Shown here one piece after another: positions 9,580 to 19,736 of a DNA stretch of 64,000 nucleotides. The stretch covers positions 6,743-70,742 of the forward strand of contig CAMVOY010000001.1 in NCBI GenBank assembly GCA_947169235.1. Reading direction: 5' to 3'. The position numbers and the translations under genes are program-made. The number at the start of each line of letters is the position of its first letter. Position 1 is the first letter of the stretch. The notes beneath the pieces are model-generated. The model was not told the origin of the DNA. It did no database searches and worked only from the letters and a program-made list of their open reading frames with translations. This DNA comes from an uncultured Lachnospiraceae bacterium. Lineage in GTDB: Bacteria > Bacillota > Clostridia > Lachnospirales > Lachnospiraceae.

Positions 9580-10344
9580 ATGGAAGAAAAAGTCATGCTT
9601 GAGATCAAAAATTACACCAAGGTATACGGAGAGGGAAAGAAGGCCTGTGACGACGTATCACTTACAGTCATGAGCGGAGATATATATGGTTTTATCGGCC
9701 ACAACGGCGCCGGTAAATCCACCACGATCCGCGCGGTGGTGGGTGTACTTGATTTCTCCGAGGGGGATATTTTTATCGATGGTCACTCGGTAAAAACCGA
9801 GCCGATGGAGTGCAAAAAGATCACTGCATACATCCCTGACAACCCGGATCTTTACGAAAACCTGACAGGTATCCAGTATCTGAATTTCATTTCAGATGTT
9901 TTTGATATTGATGAAAAAACGCGTGAGGAGAGGATCAAAAAATATGCCGATATGTTTGAGATCACGAGTGCCCTCGGAGATCAGATCGGATCATATTCAC
10001 ACGGAATGAAGCAGAAAGTCGCTATCATCTCGGCACTCATCCATGAGCCGAAGCTTCTCGTTCTCGATGAGCCGTTCGTCGGACTCGACCCGAAAGCCTC
10101 CTTTACTCTGAAAGAAGTAATGCGCGAGATGTGCGGACGAGGTACAGCGATATTCTTCTCAACACATGTTCTTGATGTGGCCGAGAAGTTATGTAACAAA
10201 GTGGCTATCATCAAACAGGGAAAGATAATCACTACCGGAACGATGGAAGAGATCACGGAAGGAAACTCTCTCGAGGAAGCATTCCTTGAGGTGGAGGGTG
10301 TGAAAGTGGATAAGACAGCGGAAAGTGAGGCTGAGAATGAATAA
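9580..10344 (+). CDS. ABC transporter ATP-binding protein
   Basis: Walker A GHNGAGKST, signature YSHGMKQK, Walker B LLVLDEP. ATG 9580 lies behind AAGGAG. Confidence 0.9.
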   Translation: MEEKVMLEIKNYTKVYGEGKKACDDVSLTVMSGDIYGFIGHNGAGKSTTIRAVVGVLDFSEGDIFIDGHSVKTEPMECKKITAYIPDNPDLYENLTGIQYLNFISDVFDIDEKTREERIKKYADMFEITSALGDQIGSYSHGMKQKVAIISALIHEPKLLVLDEPFVGLDPKASFTLKEVMREMCGRGTAIFFSTHVLDVAEKLCNKVAIIKQGKIITTGTMEEITEGNSLEEAFLEVEGVKVDKTAESEAENE

Positions 10345-11938
10345 AAACATCCTACTCTTAAAAACTCTGCTCCTGTCTACTAGCCAGATAAACAAGCTCA
10401 AATACTGTAATGATAAAAAGAAAAAAAGCAAGATCATAGGCGGGATTATCGGAGTGGTGATAATATATCTTTTGATCATGGGCTTCGCTATTTTGACCTG
10501 TATCGGATATGGTGTTACGGGGATGATAGATGCTGCTCCAGTGATGTGCGCACTTATAGTCAGTCTGCTTGCCTTTGTTTTTACACTGTTTAAAACGAAC
10601 GGATATCTTTTCAATTTCAAAGAATACGATATGCTTATGAGTCTTCCTTTCGAACCGAAAAAGATAGCTGCCTGCAAGTTTTTATACATGTATATAAAGA
10701 GCATGGCGTGGCATGCAAGTATATCAGTGGCGATGATGATAGGCTATGGTCTTTTTGCAAAGCCTGCTTTTTATGTTTATATCATATGGGCGGTGTTAAC
10801 TGTAGTTTTACCTATAATCCCGACCTTGTTTGCTTCATTTTTAGGGTTTATTGTTGCGAGAGTATTTGCCGGATTTAAGAAGAGAAATATCCTTCAGACC
10901 ATATTTACTTTTATTTTTGTTATACTTGCTTTTTCATTCCGGTTCATAGTCGAGGGGATGTTTGAGAATAATAAAGTAAAGGAAACTCTTCAGTCAACCT
11001 ATGATATGACTGCAGGAGCGGCAAATATATATCTTCCTGCAAAGTGGTTTTCGGATGCGATAACAGCGGTTGATATCCTGTCAATAGTTCTTTTGACAGG
11101 TATAAGCGTTGTTCTTTTTGTTGTATTGTTTGCATTGGTTGGACGCTCCTACAGAAGGATCAATTCACAGCTAAAAAATCATGCTGCAGCCAGAAGTTTT
11201 AAGATGAGAACGCAGAAGAAAAAGAGCATATTAAACACGATCGCATATAAAGAGTTTAAGAGACTTACCGGATCGACAACATACATGACTAATGGAGCAA
11301 TGGGTGTGATACTGGCTTCCATACTTGGAGTGATCACACTTTTCATCGGTTTTGACAAGATAATCGGGCTGGTAACAAAAGGAGCGCATTTTGATTATTC
11401 AGTGGTTCAGCCGTCGATACCGTTTATCATTTTTTTCTTTATCGGGATGGTTTCGACTACCTGCTGTTCACCTTCTTTGGAGGGGAAGAATTACTGGATC
11501 ATCCAGAGCCTGCCTATCGACAAGAGAAAGGTTTATCAGGGCAAGATGCTTTTTAACATGTATATGAATGTGCCGGCCATGGCTCTTGCCACGCTGTGTA
11601 TGTGCATATCCGCCGGGGTTCCGGTACTTGATACGATCCTGTATTTGCTTTTAGGGTTTTCGATGTGCGCATTTTCGACGACATGGGGATGTGTATGTGG
11701 TATCAAACACATGAAGCTTGAATGGGAGAACGAGATAGAGGTTGTCAAGCAGGGAGCTGCAGTCACGATATATCTTCTTCCGAATATGTTTGTTACGATG
11801 ATATTCTGTGCACTATCAATATTCCTCGGAATTATAATTGGAAGTGTTATACCGACCGTGATATTTATTATTCTGTATTCGGGACTCGCGGCGATCAGTT
11901 ATATAGGGGCGATCTCGCTGGCAAGGAAGAGGGGCTGA
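10337..11938 (+). CDS. polytopic membrane protein, putative ABC permease partner
   Basis: About 530 aa and highly hydrophobic. Its start overlaps the stop of the ATPase. Confidence 0.65.
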   Translation: MNKNILLLKTLLLSTSQINKLKYCNDKKKKSKIIGGIIGVVIIYLLIMGFAILTCIGYGVTGMIDAAPVMCALIVSLLAFVFTLFKTNGYLFNFKEYDMLMSLPFEPKKIAACKFLYMYIKSMAWHASISVAMMIGYGLFAKPAFYVYIIWAVLTVVLPIIPTLFASFLGFIVARVFAGFKKRNILQTIFTFIFVILAFSFRFIVEGMFENNKVKETLQSTYDMTAGAANIYLPAKWFSDAITAVDILSIVLLTGISVVLFVVLFALVGRSYRRINSQLKNHAAARSFKMRTQKKKSILNTIAYKEFKRLTGSTTYMTNGAMGVILASILGVITLFIGFDKIIGLVTKGAHFDYSVVQPSIPFIIFFFIGMVSTTCCSPSLEGKNYWIIQSLPIDKRKVYQGKMLFNMYMNVPAMALATLCMCISAGVPVLDTILYLLLGFSMCAFSTTWGCVCGIKHMKLEWENEIEVVKQGAAVTIYLLPNMFVTMIFCALSIFLGIIIGSVIPTVIFIILYSGLAAISYIGAISLARKRG

Positions 11939-11942
11939 CATT

Positions 11943-14774
11943 TTGCGTGAACTACTTTTAACAATTCAGTATATAAGTATCGCAGGTGTTTTTATCGAGA
12001 GCCTGATAGTGGTAAGCAACTGGAAAAAACCGTTGCACACTTATTTGTTTTTGAGCTGTATGGCGACCTTTGTAAACAACCTCGGATATCTGTTTGAGAT
12101 GACTTCAAAGACCAGAGATGCATATGTGGTAGCGCTGAAGCTCTCTTATGCGGGACGTGTGTGGTTTGCATTTTTTATGTTTTTGTTTATATGTGAACTG
12201 GCCGGAAAACGAGTACCGACTATCATTAAAGGAATACTTATCGCTGCTCATACGGGAATATATGCAGTCTCTTTTATTATTGGCGGCGAGAATTTTTACT
12301 ATCGAAGAATGCAATTTGCAACGGGAGGAATCTTTCCGAGACTGACGCATGAAAACGGGGTTTTATACATAATATTTCTTGCGATGCAGATTCTCTACAT
12401 CATCATCGGGCTGACGATATTATTCACAACCAGAAAAAAACAAAGGAGAATAAAGAAGGCCAGAAAGAGAATAGATGTTATTATCATTTCCGTCATTGTG
12501 GAAACGTTGTTCTATATACTTCAGGTTATGGGTATCGGAACACTTACCGAAGAGTATGACATAACCATGCTCGGATACTTTATCGGTACTCTCATATTGC
12601 TCTTTGCCATAGTAAAATATGATCTTTTGGGTACGAGTGAGATCGCCAGAGACTTTGTGGTTGACAGGCTTGCAGAGGGTATTTTTGCAACAGATTCATA
12701 CGGTGAGATACAGTATTACAATGATCCCATGAAAGCTCTTTTTCCTGAGATAGAAAAGGATCCCGAGAGTGTATGTAAGTTTGTAAAAAGAGCGGTGGAA
12801 CATGATGAGACCATAAATGTAAACAGACGAGTATATATACCTGAGGAAAACGATCTCGAGTATGACGGTGAAAGAATAGGTAAGCTGTATGCGCTTGTGG
12901 ATGAGACGGACCACTTCAGATACATGGCTGAGCTCGAGGAGCAGAGAGCTCTTGCTGATCAGGCAAACCGGGCCAAGTCATCCTTCCTTGCAAATATGTC
13001 TCATGAGATCCGTACCCCGATCAACGCCGTCCTCGGTATGGATGAGATGATACTGAGAGAGAGCAGGGAAACCAGGACAAAGAAGTATGCTGCTGACATC
13101 ATGTCTGCAGGAAAAACGCTGCTTTCTTTGATCAATGATATCCTCGATCTGTCAAAGATAGAGGAAGGAAAGATGGAGATCATACCGGTTCAGTATGAAC
13201 TGGCATCTGTTATAAACGATCTGTTAAACATGGTTAGAGATCGGGCAGAAAAGAAGGGATTAAAGCTCGAAATAGATGTAGATGAAAATACGCCGTATCT
13301 TCTTTACGGTGATGAGATCCGCATCAGACAGTGCGCGCTCAATCTCCTTACAAATGCGGTTAAGTACACCGAAGAGGGAACAGTAAGACTTTCTGTTTCT
13401 TTTGAGAAAAAAGACGACGAGCATATATTACTTAATATAAAAGTTAGCGATACGGGAATCGGTATCAGGCACGAGGATTTGAAAAAACTTTTTGAGACCT
13501 TCACGCGTATCGAGGAAAAGAGAAACCGGACTATCGAGGGTACCGGTCTCGGTATGAATATAACTCAGGAACTGCTAAGCCTGATGGGAAGTAAGTTGGA
13601 TGTCAGGAGTGAATACGGAAAGGGTTCCGAGTTTTCATTTACGGTAGAGCAGAAGGTACTCGGATGGAACGGTATAGGTGACTATGCGAGTCGTTTTGAA
13701 AACGAAAAAGGGCATAACTATAATGCTCTTTTCCATGCGCCGGACGCGAGCATACTTGTTGTGGATGATACGGAGGTTAACCTGTCCGTGATCGAGAACC
13801 TCTTAAAGAGAACAAAGATCCAAGTCGATACGGCATCATCCGGAAAGGCCGCATTGAAGCTGGCGGAAGAAAAACAATATGATATTATTCTCCTTGATCA
13901 TATGATGCCTGAGATGGATGGAATCGAGACGCTGCATCATATGAAGGAGTCCGGTAAAAATACAGAGACACCGACAGTGGCTCTTACTGCGAATGCCGTT
14001 TCGGGCGCCAGAGAGAAGTATTTGAAAGCGGGCTTTACCACTTATATGTCAAAGCCTGTTGATGGAGAAAAACTTGAAAAACTGCTTTGTGATCTTCTCC
14101 CGGAAAACAAGATCGAGATGTATGAGATGGATACGGATGAAGCTTTTTCTGAGTATGCATCCAATAAAGAAAGTACGGACAGGATCCCCGATTGGCTTTT
14201 TGATGTTAAGGGAATAAATGTCAAAGACGGAGTCAAATTCGGTGGCGGCCAGGATGGATTTATGTCTATCTTAAATGTGTTCTATCGGACGGCAGATGGC
14301 AATGCCAACGAGATAGAAAAGCTTTATGACGAAGGTGATATAGAGAATTATACGATAAAGGTTCATGCGTTAAAAAGCGCTTCGAGGATAGTCGGAGCAG
14401 CGGAGATATCCGAACTCGCGAGAACGCTGGAGATGGCAGGCAAGAGCGGTGATAAGGAGTATATGGATGAGCATACTAAAGAGCTTTTGGATAAGTATCG
14501 AACACTAAAAAAGGATCTGAAGCCGCTTTTTCCCACGGATGAAAACGGCAAAGATGATAAGCCGGAGTTAAGTGGTGCGGAACTAAAGGAGGCTTATCAG
14601 ACCATCATCGAGATCGCCGGAAGTATGGACTTTGATATGATGGATGGGATACTGAAAGATCTTGAAAATTACAGATTACCTGAGAAGGATAGAGAGCTGT
14701 TGGAAGAGATAAAATCATTATGCCTTGATATGAATTGGGATATGATCAAAACAAAAGTACAGGAGGTTATGTAA
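11943..14774 (+). CDS. hybrid sensor histidine kinase (7TM-like N-term, HisKA, HATPase, REC, Hpt)
   Basis: H-box FLANMSHEIRTPINAVLGMDEM. G-boxes DTGIGI and GTGLGM. REC is ILVVDDTEVN...DIILLDHMMPEMDG...ALTAN. The C-terminal Hpt has HALKSASRIVGA. The track start is a TTG codon. Confidence 0.9.
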   Translation: MRELLLTIQYISIAGVFIESLIVVSNWKKPLHTYLFLSCMATFVNNLGYLFEMTSKTRDAYVVALKLSYAGRVWFAFFMFLFICELAGKRVPTIIKGILIAAHTGIYAVSFIIGGENFYYRRMQFATGGIFPRLTHENGVLYIIFLAMQILYIIIGLTILFTTRKKQRRIKKARKRIDVIIISVIVETLFYILQVMGIGTLTEEYDITMLGYFIGTLILLFAIVKYDLLGTSEIARDFVVDRLAEGIFATDSYGEIQYYNDPMKALFPEIEKDPESVCKFVKRAVEHDETINVNRRVYIPEENDLEYDGERIGKLYALVDETDHFRYMAELEEQRALADQANRAKSSFLANMSHEIRTPINAVLGMDEMILRESRETRTKKYAADIMSAGKTLLSLINDILDLSKIEEGKMEIIPVQYELASVINDLLNMVRDRAEKKGLKLEIDVDENTPYLLYGDEIRIRQCALNLLTNAVKYTEEGTVRLSVSFEKKDDEHILLNIKVSDTGIGIRHEDLKKLFETFTRIEEKRNRTIEGTGLGMNITQELLSLMGSKLDVRSEYGKGSEFSFTVEQKVLGWNGIGDYASRFENEKGHNYNALFHAPDASILVVDDTEVNLSVIENLLKRTKIQVDTASSGKAALKLAEEKQYDIILLDHMMPEMDGIETLHHMKESGKNTETPTVALTANAVSGAREKYLKAGFTTYMSKPVDGEKLEKLLCDLLPENKIEMYEMDTDEAFSEYASNKESTDRIPDWLFDVKGINVKDGVKFGGGQDGFMSILNVFYRTADGNANEIEKLYDEGDIENYTIKVHALKSASRIVGAAEISELARTLEMAGKSGDKEYMDEHTKELLDKYRTLKKDLKPLFPTDENGKDDKPELSGAELKEAYQTIIEIAGSMDFDMMDGILKDLENYRLPEKDRELLEEIKSLCLDMNWDMIKTKVQEVM

Positions 14775-15542
14775 ATGAGTAATTCAAGTGAAACAGGACA
14801 GGTTACTATCATCAGTGCGACAGAGAGTTTCCTTGCAAAAAGTCTGATATCGAAATTTAGGGGAAACGATATAAAGACTGAATTTGTACATGCAAAAATA
14901 AAAGATATAGAGGATGTTCTCGAAGATACGGAGCTGTTCATACTGTACATGAGTGAGGGCATGGATGAGATCGCTGATACGCTGGTGTACCTAAAGGATG
15001 CGGTGAGTGACAGAGATCTCGGACTTATACTAATCGGCGAACTTGATCAGTATGAGGCAGTGAAAAAGATCATCCCCGAGCAGAATATATTGGAGTGTTA
15101 TATGAGACCTCTGGATATCGACCTGCTCATGAAAAATGTAAATACTTATCTGGAAAAAAATACCGGTGAGAATCGCAAAAAGACAGTTATGATAGTAGAT
15201 GATGATCTGACCTATATGTGGACGGTCAGAGAATGGCTGAGTGGTACCTATCATGTGCGTATGGCGAACAATGGAGTTCAGGCTATATCCCAACTTGCGA
15301 AGAACAAAGTCGACTTGGTTCTCTTGGATTACGAGATGCCGATCGCAAACGGACCACAGGTCGCATCAATGCTTAAAAATGACTCGGATACCGGCAACAT
15401 CCCGGTCATGTTTTTAACAAGTCATGGAGATAGAGAAAGTGTTCTTTCCGTGATAAACTTGGAGCCGGCTGATTATCTGCTAAAAACTATCAGTAAGGAA
15501 AGTCTTCTTTCCAAACTGGAAGCTTTTTTTGAAAAACAATAA
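14775..15542 (+). CDS. response regulator without output domain (degenerate REC plus canonical REC)
   Basis: The C-terminal REC reads VMIVDDD...DLVLLDYEMP...FLTSHG...DYLLKT. The N-terminal half is REC-like but lacks the acidic pocket. Confidence 0.85.
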   Translation: MSNSSETGQVTIISATESFLAKSLISKFRGNDIKTEFVHAKIKDIEDVLEDTELFILYMSEGMDEIADTLVYLKDAVSDRDLGLILIGELDQYEAVKKIIPEQNILECYMRPLDIDLLMKNVNTYLEKNTGENRKKTVMIVDDDLTYMWTVREWLSGTYHVRMANNGVQAISQLAKNKVDLVLLDYEMPIANGPQVASMLKNDSDTGNIPVMFLTSHGDRESVLSVINLEPADYLLKTISKESLLSKLEAFFEKQ

Positions 15543-15562
15543 ATGACTAGGAGGTTATTTAA

Positions 15563-16474
15563 ATGAAGCTTGAAGTTAAAAAGTTAAACAAGAGCTTTGG
15601 GGAAAAGCATGTCCTAAAAGATGTGGATTTTTCCGTTCAAAGCGGACAGGCGTTGGGATTACTCGGAAGAAACGGTGCCGGGAAAACAACTACCATCCGT
15701 ATTCTCATGGATGTGTTCGGTGCTGATTCGGGTGAGGTCCTGATCGATGGAGCGCCTATAGATCACAGAAGTGTGACCAAGGGTTATCTGCCGGAGGAGA
15801 GAGGACTGTATCCAAAGAAAAAAATAGGTGATCAGCTTGTCTATCTTGCCAGGCTGAAAGGTATGAGTAAGTCAGATGCAGTAGCCGGCGTCGATAAATG
15901 GATGAAGAAACTCGGTATGCTTCATCATAAAGATCACCGATTGGATACACTCTCAAAGGGTAATCAGCAAAAGATCCAGCTTATCACAGCTGTAATACAT
16001 AATCCGGAGATCGTGATACTTGATGAGCCGTTCTCAGGTCTGGATCCCGTAAATGCAATGACTCTTGAGGATGTAGTTAAAGATCAGATCCAGGCAGGGA
16101 AGATAGTTCTCTTCTCAAGCCACCAGATGAATTATGTAGAGGAGTTCTGTGATAACATCGCGATACTTAATGAGGGTCACATAGTACTCGATGGAGATAT
16201 CCGCGAGATAAAGAGAAGTTACACCAGAGACAAGCTTGTTATCAGAAGTGAAAATGCAGAGGATATTCTTAATAGTTATGGTGATGCATGCAAGAAAAAA
16301 GAAGATGGTTCTTTGATCCTGAAAATGCCAAGTCCGGATGATAAAAAGCAGTTTATGCAAAAAATAGCATCTGAGTATGAGGTGGATGAAATACGCGTGT
16401 ATGAACCATCGATGAATGATATATTTGTTGAGTATACCGGAAGTGAGGTGAATACTGAAAATGAAACAGTTTAA
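15563..16474 (+). CDS. ABC-2 type transporter ATP-binding protein (NatA-like)
   Basis: GRNGAGKTT, LSKGNQQK and VILDEP motifs. Confidence 0.9.
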   Translation: MKLEVKKLNKSFGEKHVLKDVDFSVQSGQALGLLGRNGAGKTTTIRILMDVFGADSGEVLIDGAPIDHRSVTKGYLPEERGLYPKKKIGDQLVYLARLKGMSKSDAVAGVDKWMKKLGMLHHKDHRLDTLSKGNQQKIQLITAVIHNPEIVILDEPFSGLDPVNAMTLEDVVKDQIQAGKIVLFSSHQMNYVEEFCDNIAILNEGHIVLDGDIREIKRSYTRDKLVIRSENAEDILNSYGDACKKKEDGSLILKMPSPDDKKQFMQKIASEYEVDEIRVYEPSMNDIFVEYTGSEVNTENETV

Positions 16475-17714
16475 GACCATATTCGGATTTGAGTTTGGAG
16501 CTCATCTAAAAAACAAAGCCTTTGTCGGAGTCACTATCTTTTTGGTAGTCATTATTGCAGGTGCGTTGTTTTTGCCGCGCATCCTTGATTCTTTTTCCTC
16601 TGACTCCTCAGATCAACAGGGAGCGAGCAATACGGAAGTCAGCTCTGTTGCGATCGTAGTTGAGGGGGACGTCGATAAGGATCTTGCAAAGCAGGCTTTT
16701 GACGAGATTGCTAAGGATGACGGTAAGGAGCTTGTTATCGAGTCGGATATTGAAAAAGTCAAGGAAAAGATCATGTCGGGTGATTATGCATACGCATACG
16801 CAATCCATGATCTGAAGAGCTACACCTATTATGTGGAGACGTTAAATATCTATTCAGATATGCAGGGACCGTCCAACGCTGCCATGGAAAGACTGAATTA
16901 TTACACTATGATGAAGCAGTCCGGAATGAGTTTGGACGATGTAAAAAAAGCATCAGACATTACTGTTGAGGGTGTACCTGAGGTTCTCGGAAACGATCAG
17001 TCTCAGAATTATTTTTACACATATATCATGATATTTGCGCTTTATATGATCATACTCCTTTACGGACAGATGGTCGCTACAAATGTAGCCAGCGAGAAGA
17101 GCTCACGCGCGATGGAGGTACTTATCACTTCAGCGAGACCGGTGGCTTTGATGTTTGGAAAAATCCTTGCTGCATGTTTGGCCGGAATGAGTCAGCTCAT
17201 CCTCATATTCGGAACAGCGGTTATATGTTACAACGTAAACAGTGAATACTTTGAAGACAATCCTATTATCAGCTCGATATTCAATATCCCGACTGAGATG
17301 ATATTCTTCATGTTATTATTCTTCCTTCTTGGATTCCTGCTTTACGCTATGATGTTCGGAGCGATCGGATCCATGGCGACAAAGGTCGAGGATATTAATA
17401 CACTTCAGACACCCGTTACCATGATCTTTGTTATTGCGTTTATGATCGTTATTTTTGGAATGAATGGGGATGTAAACTCACCTATCATGGTAGTTGCATC
17501 TTATATACCTTTCACATCCCCGATGGCGATGTTTACGCGAGTTGTAATGGGAGATATAGCATGGTTTGAGATCGTGATTTCGGTAATTATTCTTATCGTA
17601 TCAACCATCGGTATCGGAATCCTTTCTGCGAGGATCTACCGTGCGGGAGTCCTTCATTACGGCAAAGCTCCTAAGTTTTCAGAGATGCTTTCCAAAGCTA
17701 AAACAAGTATCTGA
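16461..17714 (+). CDS. ABC-2 family permease (NatB-like)
   Basis: An N-terminal TM span, a large extracytoplasmic loop, then a C-terminal 5-6 TM bundle. It overlaps the ATPase stop. Confidence 0.85.
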   Translation: MKQFKTIFGFEFGAHLKNKAFVGVTIFLVVIIAGALFLPRILDSFSSDSSDQQGASNTEVSSVAIVVEGDVDKDLAKQAFDEIAKDDGKELVIESDIEKVKEKIMSGDYAYAYAIHDLKSYTYYVETLNIYSDMQGPSNAAMERLNYYTMMKQSGMSLDDVKKASDITVEGVPEVLGNDQSQNYFYTYIMIFALYMIILLYGQMVATNVASEKSSRAMEVLITSARPVALMFGKILAACLAGMSQLILIFGTAVICYNVNSEYFEDNPIISSIFNIPTEMIFFMLLFFLLGFLLYAMMFGAIGSMATKVEDINTLQTPVTMIFVIAFMIVIFGMNGDVNSPIMVVASYIPFTSPMAMFTRVVMGDIAWFEIVISVIILIVSTIGIGILSARIYRAGVLHYGKAPKFSEMLSKAKTSI

Positions 17715-17743
17715 TATACAGTATAACAGAGTAAGTATTCAAC

Positions 17744-17782
17744 AAAAAGGGAACACCGTACACGGCCGGTGCTCCCTTTTTG
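17744..17782. terminator. bidirectional terminator between convergent genes
   Basis: AAAAAGGGAACACCG ... CGGTGCTCCCTTTTT, with A/T runs on both sides. Confidence 0.7.
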
Positions 17783-17815
17783 TAATATCATATGTTGGGC
17801 AAACATATGCGCATT

Positions 17816-19582
17816 TTATTCTACATCCTGAAGTGCTGCAAAGTCTTCCTCTCCGGTTCTGATCTTTACGACTCTGTTTACCGGATATACAAAGATCTTT
17901 CCATCACCGATCTTTCCGGTGTAAAGAGTTTTCTTCGCTGTCTCGATGACGCTGTCGACAGGGATACCGCTGACCACTACCTCCAGTTTGATCTTTGGCA
18001 AAAGTGTCATGTCCATCTCTACTCCACGGTACATCTCGCCGGCACCCTTCTGGATACCGCAACCGCTGACCTGAGTAACTGTGATTCCGGTAACACCGAG
18101 TGTATTCAGTGCTCTCTTCATCTTGTCATAGCGTGACAGCTTTGTGATGATAACAACTTTATAGATACCCGAATCAGGTATGGTGCCCTCGAGTTCTTTG
18201 GCCACATTCTGAACCGGAACCGCGGCATTTCTCATAGCCTCACTCGCATCTTCATAAGCAGCGACACCGAGGTTTGTGTTTTCGTTTGCTGACATTGCAC
18301 CGGTAGATACATCCATGATCGAGAAGCCGGAATATGCGCTTGCCAGACCGTGCTCAGTCAGGTCGAGTCCCTCGAGCTCTTCTTCCTCACTTACTCTCAG
18401 ACCGAAAATAAGCTTAATGAGGCCGAATACGACGAGCATTCCGACTGCTGCCCATGCGGCTACTGCCGCAAATCCTACCAACTGGATACCGAGCTGCTCG
18501 AAGCCTCCTCCGTAGAAAAGACCTTCCTTAATACCCGCAAGCTCAAATCCCGGTGCGCTTGATGTTGCAAAAAGTCCGGTTGCGATCGTTCCCCAGATAC
18601 CGTTCATCATATGAACTGCCACGGCACCTACAGGATCATCAACATGAAGCTTGTAATCAAGGAGCCATACTCCGAAGATCACCAGAAGTCCTGATATAGC
18701 TCCAATAGCGATGGCACCCGATGCATCAGTAACATCACACGGAGCGGTGATGGCAACCAGTCCGGCAAGTGATGCGTTCAGACACATCGACACATCCGGC
18801 TTGCCATATCTGATCCAGGTAAAGACCATACATACCACGGTCGCAACGGAAGGTGCGATGGTAGTTGTGACAAATACTGATGCGAGCTGCTCCGTTGTGG
18901 TACATGCCGCACCGTTGAATCCGTACCAACCGAGCCACAGGATGAATACACCCAATGCTCCGATAACAAGGTTGTGACCCGGGAAGGCATTTACCTTGAT
19001 AACCTTTCCCGACTTATCCCTTTCAAACTTACCGATACGCGGACCGACCAAGATAGCTCCAACCAAAGCAGCAATACCGCCGACCATATGGATCGCACAT
19101 GACCCTGCAAAATCATGGAATCCCATCTGAGCGAGCCAGCCGCCTCCCCAGATCCAGTGAGCTTCGATCGGGTAGATCAAAGCTGAGATAACAGCGGAGT
19201 ATACACAGTAGCTCAAAAACTTTGTACGCTCTGCCATGGCGCCGGATACGATGGTCGCCGTGGTCGCACAGAACACCAGGTTAAATACGAAGTTTGACCA
19301 ATCGAAGTTCGCGTAGTTTGTAAAAATATCAAGTCCCGGCTTTCCGATCAGTCCGACCATATCTTCCCCCAGGAGAAGGCCGAAGCCGATCAGGATAAAT
19401 ACCACACACCCGATACAGAAGTCCATCAGGTTCTTCATGAGGATATTGCCGGCATTCTTTGCCCTGGCAAATCCTGACTCCACCATTGCAAATCCCGCCT
19501 GCATCCAAAAGACGAGTGCTGCGCCGATAAGGAACCAGACTCCAAAAAGTTTTCCGTCCATCAGCTGAATTAAATCGTCCAT
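17816..19582 (-). CDS. ammonium transporter fused to a C-terminal P-II (GlnB/GlnK) domain
   Basis: The Amt signature FWMQAGFAMVESGFARAKN and about 11 TM spans occupy the N-terminal part. The C-terminal ~112 aa (YKVVIITK...VTQVSGCGIQKGAGEMYRGVE...GDGKIFVYPV) is a P-II domain. ATG 19582 lies behind GGAGGA, and the track start 19669 sits inside the leader. Confidence 0.9.
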   Translation of the reverse strand: MDDLIQLMDGKLFGVWFLIGAALVFWMQAGFAMVESGFARAKNAGNILMKNLMDFCIGCVVFILIGFGLLLGEDMVGLIGKPGLDIFTNYANFDWSNFVFNLVFCATTATIVSGAMAERTKFLSYCVYSAVISALIYPIEAHWIWGGGWLAQMGFHDFAGSCAIHMVGGIAALVGAILVGPRIGKFERDKSGKVIKVNAFPGHNLVIGALGVFILWLGWYGFNGAACTTTEQLASVFVTTTIAPSVATVVCMVFTWIRYGKPDVSMCLNASLAGLVAITAPCDVTDASGAIAIGAISGLLVIFGVWLLDYKLHVDDPVGAVAVHMMNGIWGTIATGLFATSSAPGFELAGIKEGLFYGGGFEQLGIQLVGFAAVAAWAAVGMLVVFGLIKLIFGLRVSEEEELEGLDLTEHGLASAYSGFSIMDVSTGAMSANENTNLGVAAYEDASEAMRNAAVPVQNVAKELEGTIPDSGIYKVVIITKLSRYDKMKRALNTLGVTGITVTQVSGCGIQKGAGEMYRGVEMDMTLLPKIKLEVVVSGIPVDSVIETAKKTLYTGKIGDGKIFVYPVNRVVKIRTGEEDFAALQDVE

Positions 19583-19599
19583 ACTATCATCCTCCGTTT

Positions 19600-19696
19600 C
19601 TTTTTTTTGTATAAAACAAAAGGCGCCTCGGTCACAAAACCGAGACGCCCTTGCCTCAACGAAACACATCGTAACATAGTTAAACTATTTTGTCAA
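19600..19696 (-). promoter_or_regulatory. promoter plus leader with hexaloop hairpin and intrinsic terminator (copy 1 of 3)
   Basis: On the minus strand: TTGACA (19696-19691), 17 nt, TACGAT (19673-19668). Then comes the hairpin TTGAGGC-AAGGGC-GTCTCGG (19659-19640). It is nested in the 5' arm of a terminator, GGCAAGGGCGTCTCGG/CCGAGGCGCCTTTT, followed by a U-run. Confidence 0.7.
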
Positions 19697-19736
19697 CTAT
19701 TTTTTTTACACTTGTTAAAAATTATCAAATATTTAT

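Noticed and set aside
10189-10704. 171-aa minus-strand ORF spanning the ABC ATPase/permease junction
   Set aside because: It is antisense to two well-supported genes, and the translation has no recognisable features.
19660-19700. TnrA/GlnR box (TGTNAN7TNACA) in the promoters of amt-PII, purF, asnB and glnN
   Set aside because: No convincing match by eye. The three leader promoters each contain a different short palindrome in the spacer (ATAGT..ACTAT, CACATGTG, CACTTAAGTG) with no shared consensus.
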